Below are positions 52,010-64,000 of a stretch of 64,000 nt of DNA, piece by piece. Under the pieces are notes generated by a model. It saw only the letters and a list, made by a program, of their open reading frames with translations, did not search any database and was not told where the DNA came from. Position 1 is the stretch's first letter, and each line of letters opens with the position of its first letter. The stretch is from Nemertoderma westbladi (Eukaryota; Animalia; Xenacoelomorpha). Where the stretch lies: the NCBI GenBank assembly GCA_032718475.1, contig JAUCBJ010004127.1:1-64000 (forward strand), in the 5' to 3' direction. Made by a program: the position numbers and the translations under genes.

Positions 52010-52640
52010 AACCCCAGTAGGGGGTGAGACAGGCAGCCGGTCAGGAATTAACTGACGCCTGTGAGGCCGATTCTGTTCGGTAATTCCACTGGCCTCTAGT
52101 GGCCGGACCTCAGCATTGCTAATGTAATACATAGTGGGGGTTGGGGGGTGCTTTTTTGCCGAGTCAGCTCTCGGGGCAAATACCACACCCTGGTTTGCCA
52201 TTCCACAGGGTGGGTGTCGCAATGGAGTCAGATATGAGGCCCATCACCCATATCTACTCTGGCGCACATGACCCACCATTGGCTGTTGCAGCTCATCTGC
52301 TGGGTCATGCCCTGTACCCTTGCTGCCAGGTGCAGGTCGCAGTGAAGTGCTCTCAGAGTGGACATGAGAACACTCTACTCCTGACCAGCCATTGGTAGAT
52401 CACCATCTGCCTGGTCAGGCCATATACCCCTGCAGCCAAGTATATGGGTCCTTAATCCAGGACCAAGGGCGTCCTTATCCCAGAACGAAGGGGGTCCTAG
52501 TTACAGGACCAGATTTGCCCTAGTAAGAGGGTCTATACAGCTACAGGTGGCACCTCCTTTATGCTGCATGGAGGTGGCAAGTTTTCTTGATCAATGACCT
52601 AGAATACCTGACCTGACCATACCTGACCACACCAGACCCC
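52010..52640 (-). mobile_element. Hairpin-dense segment, possibly the 5' UTR/ORF start of an RTE-like LINE, inserted in the A3 3' UTR
   Basis: Not in A2; about 10 consecutive stems followed by ATG MYYISNAEVRP... Confidence 0.35.
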
Positions 52641-53517
52641 ACCCACCACAACCCACCACCACCCCACCCACTACCCCCCCTCAACCACCACCCCCCTCCG
52701 GGGCCACCCTAATCCACCCATTCAAATACAGCCAAGTGAAATGTAGATTGCAACATGTTACCCATTATTATTGATAATGTGTGCTCAGATTACTTCAATC
52801 AAATAAATCACTGAAATATGTCACCAATAATAGCGCATGTATCCCATAGAATAGCAGCAATACGTTTACACTTATAAGTAACATATGTTAATAAGTCAAC
52901 TGCAAATTTAATACGACGGGATTCACTTAAATTAATTATATCGACATAACAATACTTTGTAAACTATAAATATATTATCATTAGATTTTATAAACTGGTA
53001 TTTATTAAGTATTTCGTACAGTAGGTTCTGTAAATATTACAATTATTACTATCTATCATATAGATAATATGCAGCAAATTAGGCATTAAGGGGGGTGGGG
53101 GGGGGGGGGGGGGGGGGGGGCTAATGCCTCCTTATTATTAATAATAATAATTTACTGTGTATAGAACCGTTATAATAGCACTGGAAAGAAAGCAAATCAG
53201 AACTACCAAAACAAGCGAGTACATGTAATAAATATAAGTAATAACTTTGAAAACAATCCAAGTAAATAAATAAATGTAAAGCAATTCAATTAAATAAAAG
53301 TTCTCGATTGTTATTTAGTAATTTCCCAAGCGCTCTCCTGGAGAATCTGCCTTGACCTCGGCAGTTGGTCGGCAGCAGTATTCGATCGATTCAGTTGGTC
53401 GGCAGTACTATCAATAATAGTATTGATAGCATAAACCTGCTGGCTGATTTGCTCTGCCTTATTAATCGAGTATTGCCTGTTTAGAAATTTCACTGCGACT
53501 TTCACTGCATTTTTTGC

Positions 53518-55017
53518 AGATTTTGTGTTTGTGCGTCGGCTACGATACTCTTAATGTTACTATTATCGTTACAGATTTCGAGTTTGTGCGTTGGCTACGA
53601 TACTTTCTTAATGTTACTATTATCGTTACAGATTTCGTATTTGTGCGTCGGCTACGATACTCTTAATGTTACTATTATCGTTACTTATTTTGTGTTTGTG
53701 CGTCGGCTACGATACTCTTAATGTTACTATTATCGTTACAGATTTTGTGTTTGTGCGTCGGCTACGATACTCTTAATGTTACTATTATCGTTACAGATTT
53801 CGTGTTTGTGCATCGGCTACGATACTTTTAATGTTACTATTATCGTTACAGATTTCGTGTTTGTGCATCGGCTACGATACTTTTAATGTTACTATTATCG
53901 TTACAGATTTCGTGTTTGTGCATCGGCTACGATACTTTTAATGTTACTATTATCGTTACTTATTTCGTGTTTGTGCGTTGGCTACGATACTCTTGATGTT
54001 ACTATTATCGTTACTTATTTCCTGTTTGTGCGTCAGCTACGATACTCTTAATGTTACTATTATCGTTACAGATTTCGTGTTTGTGCGTTGGCTACGATAC
54101 TCTTGATGTTACTATTATCGTTACTTATTTCGTGTTTGTGCGTTGGCTACGATACTCTTGATGTTACTATTATCGTTACTTATTTCGTGTTTGTGCGTCG
54201 GCTACGATACTTTCTTAATGTTACTATTATCGTTACAGATTCCGTGTTTGTGCGTCAGCTACGATACTCTTAATGTTACTATTATCGTTACAGATTTCGT
54301 GTTTGTGCGTTGGCTACGATACTCTTAATGTTACTATTATCGTTACAGATTTCGTGTTTGTGCGTCGGCTACGATACTTTCTTAATGTTACTATTATCGT
54401 TACAGATTCCGTGTTTGTGCGTCGGCTACGATACTCTTAATGTTACTATTATCGTTACAGATTTCGTGTTTGTGCGTCGGCTACGATACTTTCTTAATGT
54501 TACTATTATCGTTACAGATTCCGTGTTTGTGCGTCGGCTACGATACTTTCTTAATGTTACTATTATCGTTACAGATTCCGTGTTTGTGCGTCAGCTACGA
54601 TACTCTTAATGTTACTATTATCGTTACAGATTTCGTGTTTGTGCGTTGGCTACGATACTCTTAATGTTACTATTATCGTTACAGATTTCGTGTTTGTGCG
54701 TCGGCTACGATACTTTCTTAATGTTACTATTATCGTTACTTATTTCGTGTTTGTGCGTCGGCTACGATACTCTTAATGTTACTATTATCGTTACAGATTC
54801 CGTGTTTGTGCGTCGGCTACGATACTCTTAATGTTACTATTATCGTTACAGATTTCGTGTTTGTGCGTTAGCTACGATACTCTTGATGTTACTATTATCG
54901 TTACTTATTTCGTGTTTGTGCGTCGGCTACGATACTCTTGATGTTACTATTATCGTTACTTATTTCGTGTTTGTGCGTCGGCTACGATACTCTTAATGTT
55001 ACTATTATTGTTACAGA
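53518..55017. repeat. 55/57-bp tandem satellite, ~27 units
   Basis: ttcgtgtttgtgcgtcggctacgatactcttaatgttactattatcgttacagat head-to-tail with no spacers. Confidence 0.95.
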
Positions 55018-55262
55018 ACGAATGCGTCCATAACTAGACAGAGGTATAACGTGGAACGTACTGGTACAGAGCATCGGACAGTGGAGTGACTCGCGCTGGT
55101 TGTTGTTGTCGTTGTGTAGCTACTATGTTGGCGATAGACGCAGCGGCGACAGTACATCAGCGCTGAGGATCTTGCGCTGTCCGGGGGCATTGAGGGGTAG
55201 GCAGCAACGACTGCTAGCCTAATTATGATTAATTATAATATCGATAAACTCATATAGCAGCT

Positions 55263-55709
55263 ATGACTGAATTGATAGAAGATGATCTTGGTATCAGGGA
55301 GCGATATACCCTACCATTGCAAGCGTTTGTTGATAGTTTAATACGCGGCGACGCTAGTCAACCTACTACGGAGGACGATGGCCGTTATATCGAACCGCCA
55401 ATGTCAAAGGAACAACTCACGCGTGAATTGGACTATAGAAAATTCACCGCTCGCTATACGCATCGTAATGGTACGTATATGGACTTCTTAACTACTGGTC
55501 ATCCTATCGATTTACATGATACGGACGATGTCGACACCGAAAGGGAAATGATCCTATTTAAATATCATACCCAGCGGAGTCGGAACAATAAACTGATAAT
55601 CGAACACGAAAATTCTATTCGAAACCAACTCGAAAGAGAAGACGTTAAAGAACCGGATAAATGCAGTGACTTCAACGTATATTTGGAATTCTTGAGAGAG
55701 ACGTTATAA
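55263..55709 (+). CDS. A3 accessory ORF1 (148 aa)
   Basis: Homolog of 14891-15337. Confidence 0.55.
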   Translation: MTELIEDDLGIRERYTLPLQAFVDSLIRGDASQPTTEDDGRYIEPPMSKEQLTRELDYRKFTARYTHRNGTYMDFLTTGHPIDLHDTDDVDTEREMILFKYHTQRSRNNKLIIEHENSIRNQLEREDVKEPDKCSDFNVYLEFLRETL

Positions 55710-55768
55710 AACTGGAGAAAGATCACCAGCGTTTCCCCTACAAGACGTGCGTCTTTGGTATTATTACG

Positions 55769-56173
55769 ATGAATGCCCTAAACCCAACCAACAAACGGAA
55801 AGACAAACATCCGCGGAGACGTTGCGCTAAACACAGTTTTACTCGCTATATTTACGGGAGTTTCGAGCGAAACTTGTTCGACGTATCACCTACGCTCGCT
55901 CGACTCAAACGATCCTTAAATAAACCGATGATCGGAGTTCCGGAATACTCGGTCAGACCTCCTCATTCCCTGGTGAGACCTCAGACTCTTGATCCTAATA
56001 GTATCACGGATCCTCCCGAACTGCACTCACTGTTCAAAGATCTAGTGTTACCCGAACAATTAGTCGGTGGCACTCCGGTTGTGGGCTCCCTAGATATTCG
56101 CCCATCTTACCTAGCCGGATTGGGACGCGGACACCTAATATCGCCATTCAACCGTATAATCGTCCCTGTTTAA
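55769..56173 (+). CDS. A3 accessory ORF2 (134 aa)
   Basis: Homolog of 14425-14724; ATG start here, frame open from ~55670. Confidence 0.4.
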   Translation: MNALNPTNKRKDKHPRRRCAKHSFTRYIYGSFERNLFDVSPTLARLKRSLNKPMIGVPEYSVRPPHSLVRPQTLDPNSITDPPELHSLFKDLVLPEQLVGGTPVVGSLDIRPSYLAGLGRGHLISPFNRIIVPV

Positions 56174-56889
56174 CCCAATATAATCTGTCACCGAAGTGGA
56201 GGAGAAAATTGTACGCACGCGTTAGACACTATTCGATAAAAGATGGGAAAAGGAACCTACGATTGCTTAGAAAAACGTAAATTGCAGCAACAAGTCCAAG
56301 CGGTAAACGAATTAGCTTTATATCAGTTCGATCGGGAAATCCAGAATCTCTAAGAAGATATCGAACTTGGACGACCCTACTCTCTAAACGAGTTTTAGAC
56401 GAATGCTTCCAACGACAAGCGGAGGAAAATCAGCTCGAGGAGAAGCATATCGATTTCGACAGAGCCCGAGAACTCGAGTCGGAAAGAACCATCAAAACGA
56501 GGAAATTTCTCACTACACATGGTCCACCTACCGCTCTTGTGCAGACGAATCGTCAGGGACCAGTAAGAGCTGCTGTCTTGAAACGCGCTCTGAAGGTTGT
56601 TCGACCTCGTTCCACTGAGGTTGATACCGATCAACCGAGTACCTCGACCGGCGGATACACCGACCGTCATCCTAAACCTTCCCATGCAATTGTATTGCAC
56701 CCTTCACCCAGGAGTTATAGCCCTCCTAGTAAAGTGGCTCGCCCCAAAGAGAAAAGGACTCTTGCTAGCCTCAAAAAACTGCGTAAACGCCGTTCGCGTA
56801 AGAAGGACTAACTGTTTAGAGTATTTTTATATTTTAGAAACTGTGATTTTTTATATTTTATAGAATTAAATCCCATTTTCTGGGAGCGG

Positions 56890-58082
56890 TGTAAAGGCTT
56901 TTGCGGATCTAGCTAGTTATTTTCCCCGCAAAGTACTCTGTAGGTGTTTTAGCGGACATAAAAAGCCGTTTTTACGTGTTACTGTCTGTATGTGTACTTT
57001 AGCGGACATAACAAGCCATTTTTGCCGCAATACGCCAAAATACTCTTAATACAGTGTAGTTCAGATGACGACATCTATCAGCTGATATGTCGACGTGGAG
57101 CTTTTTGGCTTTCTTTGTTCTTTGTTCGGCTCGACCAATCAGAGCGATTTTCATTTTATCTTGGACAGTGCCTATAGAAACTCATGCAATTCAGTCAGTG
57201 TGTATCTTTCTAAGCCCAGAACACCGGCTTAGGATTCTTCTGTACTTCTGTGGAAGTTTCAGACTTTGACCTAAACCTCAGAAACATCAGATGGCTTTGA
57301 TCAAAGGAACGTAAAACTATTAACATAGCACACAGCAGACTCACGGCGCAGCACACCGCCACATCGCGGCATCACGCAACGCGATTCAACTACACATACT
57401 GACTGTTCACCGCATTATTTGATTCTGTTATTAATTGGTGTTACTGTGTTATGTTGGTATATATTGCTGATATATTTGGAGAATACCGATGAATAATCAT
57501 AAAACCCTCAATCTCTTTGATTACTAAAGGTTAGAGGAACAGGTTTACCGGTAGCAACTGCGACTTACATTATAGTGGTTTTGTGTGAATTGAATGCTAT
57601 TTCATAATCCCTACATGTGTCAGTTGCGATCCTCCTTATATATGATCAAATTCAGTGACGGTTGGCAGATCAGTGCGCAGTAGTGTGAACTAGTGTGAAG
57701 TCGTGTGAAGTAGTGTGAAGGTTAATAAAGCATCTCCTAAAGAATGCGCTTTTTACGAAACTCAGTAGCCATCCCGTTGTGATTAGTATAAGTCATAACT
57801 CTGTTTTATACTTAAAGCGCCACGTCCTAAAGGAACTGTTAATATTTCCCCGAAAGTAAATATATTGTCAGAGATTATATATTAACGATCAATCGAATAA
57901 TACAGTAGGTCTACACTGCAATCACTATCAAAGCATCCGAATCCAGTCTCCCTTAACTGTGGGTGAATGGTCGCGCACAGGCTGGCTTTGGCTGATGTAC
58001 CTTCAGTACATTAAATAATTGATATACAAAAAGACACCTAAAATTGGCAGGTTAAACTGCTAAAGGTCTAAAAGCGCGAACA
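56890..58082 (+). repeat. A3 3' LTR (third LTR variant)
   Basis: GGGAGCGG|TGTAAAGGC...GCGCGAACA. Confidence 0.9.
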
Positions 58083-59311
58083 GCTCGATCTACTGAGCAA
58101 GTCCAAGATTTGGAAGGAACTGTTAAATTATTAAAGGGAACAGTACGAGACAGTAAAATACGGCAACACATCGCTCTCGAACGCGATAAATTAGTCAATA
58201 TACAAATGGGTATACCACCACCCCCTGTAATAGTGTGTCAGCCCTTTATGCCTGAAGTACCTCATGCGCAAGGTGTGGAGCCTACACGCATCTATACTGC
58301 TAGTGAAGTAGAAACTCCTATAGTAAACCATGTTAATAATATTAATAAACCTATTGATAATGATATCCCATACCGATCTGAAAATAATCTGAGAAATTTA
58401 TATACGGATAATTCAATATTAAATAGTACGATGGCTCAAGACAGTTTCACGCGTCAGATGGCTAGGATGGAAGCTCGTCAAGCTGTAAAGGTGGGAGAGG
58501 TTGTCAAGTTTAATGGGGATGAGATGAAGTGGTTACCTTTTAATGAATATTACAAAGATAACATACAAAACTCTGTACTATCCAACGGAGAAAAACTACG
58601 ATTCCTCATCGAGTGCTTAGAAGGTCCTCCCAAGTTAATGGCGTTAAAGTTTATTGGACATCCTGACGGATTAAGACAAGTCTGGGATACACTTAACATC
58701 AGGTATGGAAATAGGACTAACATAGCTAGATATCTTTATGCGAAATTAGTAGCGCCCAGGAAGTTTCCTAGCAATGGGATTATAGAGTTTTCCGATGAGA
58801 TTCAGGAGATTTGTAGACAGTTAGATTGGTTGGGTAAGTCTCATGAATACCAAAGTTCTATGGTGGTAGGAGCTGTAGCGTCAACTTTGCCAAAGGGCGG
58901 AGTAGGCACTCGTTGGGACAAAAAGGTTCTATACTTTATGGACCAACATCAGAGAGATCCAACCATGGTGGACCTTATGTCATTCTTAAATGGAGAGGAA
59001 AGATTACAGCTAATAAAACAGTCCAGAGAGAAGACTCCAGAGACCAAGGTGAGTGAAAAACCTGTTGCTAGGAGAAAGATAACACCAGTATGTTATACCG
59101 AATATGAGAGTCAAACATCCTATGATGAAGACAGTGGCAAGGACACTGAAAAGACTTATTACTCGAGTAAATGTAAGGACATAGGTAAACCCAAGGTTCG
59201 ACCTAGTAATAAGGGAACACAACTTAGTTCTCCTCCTATGTCTCCCAAGAGAATTCCTGGTAGGAAGCCCAAAGAAAGAACTCACGTACAAAACACCATG
59301 CAAACCAAGGT
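58083..59311 (+). pseudogene. Family A gag fragment (copy A4)
   Basis: Homologous to A2 residues ~680-1095 (KFNGDEMKWLPF capsid region). Confidence 0.88.
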
Positions 59312-59660
59312 ACATTGTGTCAAGTACAATGCACACATCTCCAACCAGACACTATATAACATTGGAGGTGTCTCATTGGTTCCCCCAAGCTTGACACTAG
59401 AACAAAATCGCCTCCGCTTTGCAGGACATTGCTTTCGCCGTGAGGACCAGCCAGTGCATAATCTTGTACTTTGGCAGCCTCATGGAGTGAATAAGCATGG
59501 TGTACAGCCCCTGACTTTCTTGAGACGCATCTTAAAGGACACTGGCCTTGATCTAGCAAATATCATGGGTGATAGGGAGTTGTGGCGGTGCAATTTTGTT
59601 GACAAGCCGGCACAGCATTCTTAAAAATGCAGCTGCAATGCAGCATGCCGATCCTAGTAG
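59312..59660 (+). mobile_element. 5'-truncated RTE-clade LINE 3' end
   Basis: RLRFAGHCFRR..QPVHNLVLWQP...DTGL...DRELWR is typical of RTE ORF C-termini. Confidence 0.75.
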
Positions 59661-60242
59661 CATTTCTACGCTCCTGTCAGCGACAAAAGAAAATGAATTT
59701 CGTTTACGGTTTCTGCTCTTGTTAACGGTTAAATATGTTAATTAAAGACTATGTATTGGTACGACCGACGGCGCCGGCAACAGGTATAATCAGATGTAGA
59801 TGTACATACAGACATATCAATCTGCCAATACAACAATAGCAATAGGCTTACCCCTACCAACCATCCATCGACTCGGCAACTGCAACAATGGAAGTTATGC
59901 GGACTAACCAGCTGACCGGCATTCTAAGTTCAGGTAGGCCTACCCACTACCAGAGTCTACCCAGCTGCCCAGAAAAGTGTTGGAATTGAAATCAAACAAC
60001 TCACCACCAAGGCCGCCTCTGTCTGTTGACCTCGACTTTCGGTATCGCTGCCGCTACGGGCAAACTGGACTAACCGTAACCGAGGATGAAATCCGGTTTT
60101 TTAATCTCACTCTGCCATCAACCAGTGCCCGGCGGTGTTGAAATTGACACGCATTGTGCAAGCAGTAGGCCTATTGCTCCGAGTTTCCGGCTGGTCGGGT
60201 GCAACTACTGCATCTACATTGCCACACTATAACTCGGGCTCA

Positions 60243-60915
60243 TGAGGACGAGTGCTGCGTATACTATATTCCTATAAACCAAAACCATACCTGGCTTCGC
60301 CTATTGAACGCATTATAAAGATCGTCAGTCTTCGTTTAAGAAATATATTTAAATACAAAACAGGACGAGCACAACGAGGCTTATAATGAAGGCGAGTACT
60401 GCGTTGACTATTATTATTATATAAACCACCTGGCTTCACATATTGAACGCATCCCTAGTTATTATTATTATTATAAAGATCGTCAGCCTGCGTTTAAGAA
60501 ATATATTTAAATACAAAACAGGCCGAGCACAACGAGGCTTATAATGAAGACGAGTACTGCGTTGACTATTATTATTATATAAACCACCTGGCTTCACATA
60601 TTGAACGCATCCCTAGTTATTATTATTATAAAGATCTTCAGCCTGCGTTTAGGAAATATATTTAAATACAAAACAGGACGAGCACAACGAGACTTATAAT
60701 GAAGACGAGTACTGCGTTGACTATTATTATTATATAAACCACCTGGCTTCACATATTGAACGCATCCCTAGTTATTATTATTATAAAGATCGTCAGCCTG
60801 CCCATTAAGAAATATATTTAAATACAAAACAGGACGAACGCAACGAGCCTTATAATGAAGACGAGTACTGCGTTTATTATATTCCTATAAACCACCTGGC
60901 TTTGCATATTGAACG
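60243..60915. repeat. ~156-bp tandem repeat, ~4.3 units with internal (TTA)n
   Basis: gacgagtactgcgtt recurs at ~60248, 60392, 60549, 60704, 60860. Confidence 0.9.
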
Positions 60916-62299
60916 TGCGATTGGAAATAAGTTCGTGCTACCCTTCCGTGGGTGGTAGATGTCGCGGTTATGTATTGGTGGGTGGGAAGGGTGGGGGGGG
61001 GGGGGGATTAAAAGAGGTGAACACGTACTGTACCCCTTTCTTTAATTGATTGGTGGTGTGGGTAAATTTCTCAAATACTGATTTTGTGATACAGTCGCTC
61101 AATTTTAATTTGTATCTCATAACTGGGCCTCGTGCTGCGCGAAGGCCCCACGAACGTGTACTTAATACACATGATTTCAATAAATAGAAAAAGTTTTTCA
61201 TTAACATTTTTCTGTGTAACCGATAATCTTGTTTTACACGATTTTTTTTAACCGTGTTAAATTTTCTCTATCGCGCCGCTTTTTATATGCTTGTTTAAAA
61301 TACTCTGTATAACAACCACGGTGCATTTTTTCTCTGTACTTATTTAACCGCTCCCTGGCGTTTCTCTGCAACTGATTCAGAGACGTCCATTACCTCATCC
61401 AATAAACGGATTTGACTAAACTTATCACAATAATATAAGTAGTGCACAAGTCCGTCATGTAAGTCAGTAAGTGATGTCAAGGCAATGATTTAGAAATTGA
61501 TAGTAAAATATAGGCCTTTTATACGTATTCGAGTATTTAATCATTAGAGTAAATTATAATCTTACATTGAAGTTACACAAGACTCACTGATAACAGTCAC
61601 TGGATTATTTACTTTTGTTTATTTACTGCTTCATGTCAGATGAAATTAGACATACAAATTTATTGAAGTCTATCTATATACTGTACACGTACAGTACGTC
61701 TGCAGACCCTAATCATGAAAAACGAAAAACAAAACATTGGGCAAAGCACCGTCTGTACAATATATTGTATGTTAAAAAAAACACCGTCTTGTAGGAAATG
61801 TATCTTTTACAATTCTAAACGAAATGAAGCAAAATTTTCCAGAAAGCACATTTTATTAATACATAAAATGTATAGGATAGAGATTGTATACTTGCAATTA
61901 ATTCCTAAATTATTTACCACGGACCCAGAAGCTCTGGATTCATACAATTTCATATGTGAAGTGAATCTGTGCTTTACTCCCCAGAATCCACAATCACCTC
62001 TTCCCGGATAGAGATAAACAGGAATCCGTGTTTTACTCCCCTTACGGGATCCAGTAACACTTGGCAATGAAAATTAGCTCGAATTCGCATTTTGCAATCA
62101 TTTCCGGATTTCATCAAAATCCGGATCCGCGTTTTAACCTCAAAATCCGGGTACCGATCCGGATCCTGCATCCGGTTCCGCGTTTTACACTTACCCATCT
62201 TACACTACCACATTACCATGAGCAGTTAGGATGTCAGTAGGAAGACGAAGAACGTATCAAACGCGTAGGCATTCAAGTATTGTCAGTGATGCCTTATTG

Positions 62300-62448
62300 T
62301 ATTTCAGGATGAAACTCCGTTACAGATAGGACTATCATACAGATACGGCTGAAGACCTACAGTCTGTAACGCATCGATAACTGGTTATAGAATGCGTTAC
62401 AGATGAGACATGCCCTATCTGTAACGCACTGCACTGTAACGGGCGCCT
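62300..62448. mobile_element. Probable Harbinger-like MITE end truncating the A5 LTR
   Basis: Internal inverted cgttacaga/tctgtaacg motifs; terminus AGGCGCCCGTTACA (minus) next to TTA. Confidence 0.35.
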
Positions 62449-64000
62449 TTAGCAGTTTAACCTGCCAAATTTAGATGTCTTCTAGGTTATAAATCGACTT
62501 TAGCCTATGACGAGTATTTGTTACACTACATTAGCCGAAGCCAGTCTATGCGCGACCATTCACCCGCTGGATATACCCGGGAGACTGGATTCGGAAGCTT
62601 TGACCTTATTGCGGTGTAGGCCTACTGTATTATTCGACTGATCGTTAATATATAATCTCTGACAAATATTATTCACTTTCGGGAAATATTAACAGTTCCT
62701 TTAGGACGTGGCGCTCTAAATATGTAAACAGAGTTATGACTTACACTAGACACAACGGGATGGCTATTGATTCACGTATAAAGCGCATTCTTTAGGAGAT
62801 GCTTTGTTCAGTCACAATCATGCACACTACCGCACAATACTGCACACCGATCTGCCGACCTTCACTAATTTTAGTCACATATAAAGAGAACAGCAACCGA
62901 CACATGTAGTGCCTATGAAATAGCATTAGATTCACTCCAAAACCAATATAATGTAAGTCGCAATTGCTATATGTAACCTGTCTCTTACCTTCAGTATATC
63001 AAGAAGATTGGGGGTTTTATGATTATTTATCGATATTATCCAAATATAATAATATTCCATCAACTGATATAATTAATAACCGACAGTGAATAGCAGTAAA
63101 AATGCGGTGTTTGTAGTTGACAATATGATTTGCATTGATATGCAGTGTGTTGAGATAACAGTTATACGTTTCTATGATCAAGCCTACTAATGTTTGGCTA
63201 AAGCCTGAAACACAGAAATTCCAAAGCCGGTGTTCTGGCTGTGGACAAAATACACACACTCCCTGAATTGCATGAGTTTCTGTATACAATCTCCAACACA
63301 GAGTGAAAACCGCTCTGATTGGTCGACCGAACAAAGAACAAAGAAAAGTTACACATGGACACAGCTGATAGATGTCGTCATCGGAGTTCTGATGTTTAGA
63401 GTATTTGGCTTATTGCGACATAAAATCGCTAGTTATGTCCGCTAAAGTACACATACAGAAGAAATGGCTTTTTATGTCCACTAAAACACCGGTACAGTAA
63501 GGAAATGGCTTTTTATGTCCGTTAAAACAACTTCAGAGTACTTTGCGGGGAAAATAACCAGCTAATTCCGCAAAAGCCTTTACACCGCTCCCAGAAAATG
63601 GGATTTAATTCTATAAAATATAAAAAATCACAGTTTCTAAAATATAAAAATACTCTAAACAGTTAGTCTTTCTTACGCGGATGGCGTTTACGCAGTTTTT
63701 TGAGGCTATCAAGAGTCCTTTTCTCTTTGGGGCGAGCCACTTTACTAGGAGGGCTGTAACTCCTGGGTGAAGGGTGCAATACAATTGCATCGGAAGGTTT
63801 AGGGTTACGGTCGATGTCTCGTCCATTTCGATATGCTTCTCCTCGAGCTGATTTTCCTCCGCTTATTGTTGGATGCATTCGTCAAAAACTCTTGCAGAGA
63901 ATAGGGTCGTCCAAGTTCAATATCTTCTTAGAGATTCTGAATTTCCTGATCGAACTGAGATAAAGTTAATTCGTTTACCGCTTGGACTTGCTGCTGCAAT
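62446..64000 (-). mobile_element. Family A copy A5: 3' LTR (62446-63584, last ~16 bp missing), PPT and ORF3 remnant
   Basis: Closely similar to A2 12535-14310. Confidence 0.92.

Larger units (their letters stand above)
43630..58082 (+). mobile_element. Family A copy A3: no 5' LTR, RT/RNaseH and IN deleted, 3' LTR intact
   Basis: Leader, gag, 3' UTR, accessory ORFs and LTR are colinear with the reverse complement of A2. Confidence 0.9.

Noticed and set aside
53088-53120. Poly-G runs as functional G-quadruplexes (also ~42060, ~42190)
   Set aside because: Common simple homopolymers with no supporting context
53518-55017. CRISPR-like regular array
   Set aside because: Head-to-tail units with no unique spacers, no cas genes, eukaryotic context
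60243-60915. Hammerhead-containing satellite (retrozyme)
   Set aside because: CTGACGA is present on the minus strand but no stem II-GAAA follows

Overview
This window is eukaryotic (probably invertebrate animal) repeat-rich DNA made almost entirely of nested transposable elements; there are no bacterial features. Two BEL/Pao LTR-retrotransposon families dominate. Family B is one element at 5141-35696 (minus strand, ~590-bp LTRs, TSD GAAGG). Family A has five copies with ~1.2-kb LTRs: A1 at the left edge, complete A2 at 12519-32475 inserted in B's gag (TSD GTGTC), internally deleted A3 at ~43630-58082, a gag fragment A4, and the 3' end of A5 at the right edge. Also present are a TA-flanked MITE containing a foldback-like insert, LINE fragments, several satellites and an internally deleted beta-1,3-galactosyltransferase pseudogene. 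The most notable signal is that none of the three visible 5' LTRs is followed by a TGG/tRNA primer-binding site. In each case the 9-12 nt abutting the LTR are the exact reverse complement of a site inside the same LTR. The motif differs completely between A1, A2 and B, yet the match holds each time. This suggests tRNA-independent, LTR-encoded (self-)priming in BEL/Pao elements. Family A also carries extra 3' ORFs of unknown function. All alignments and counts were done by eye.
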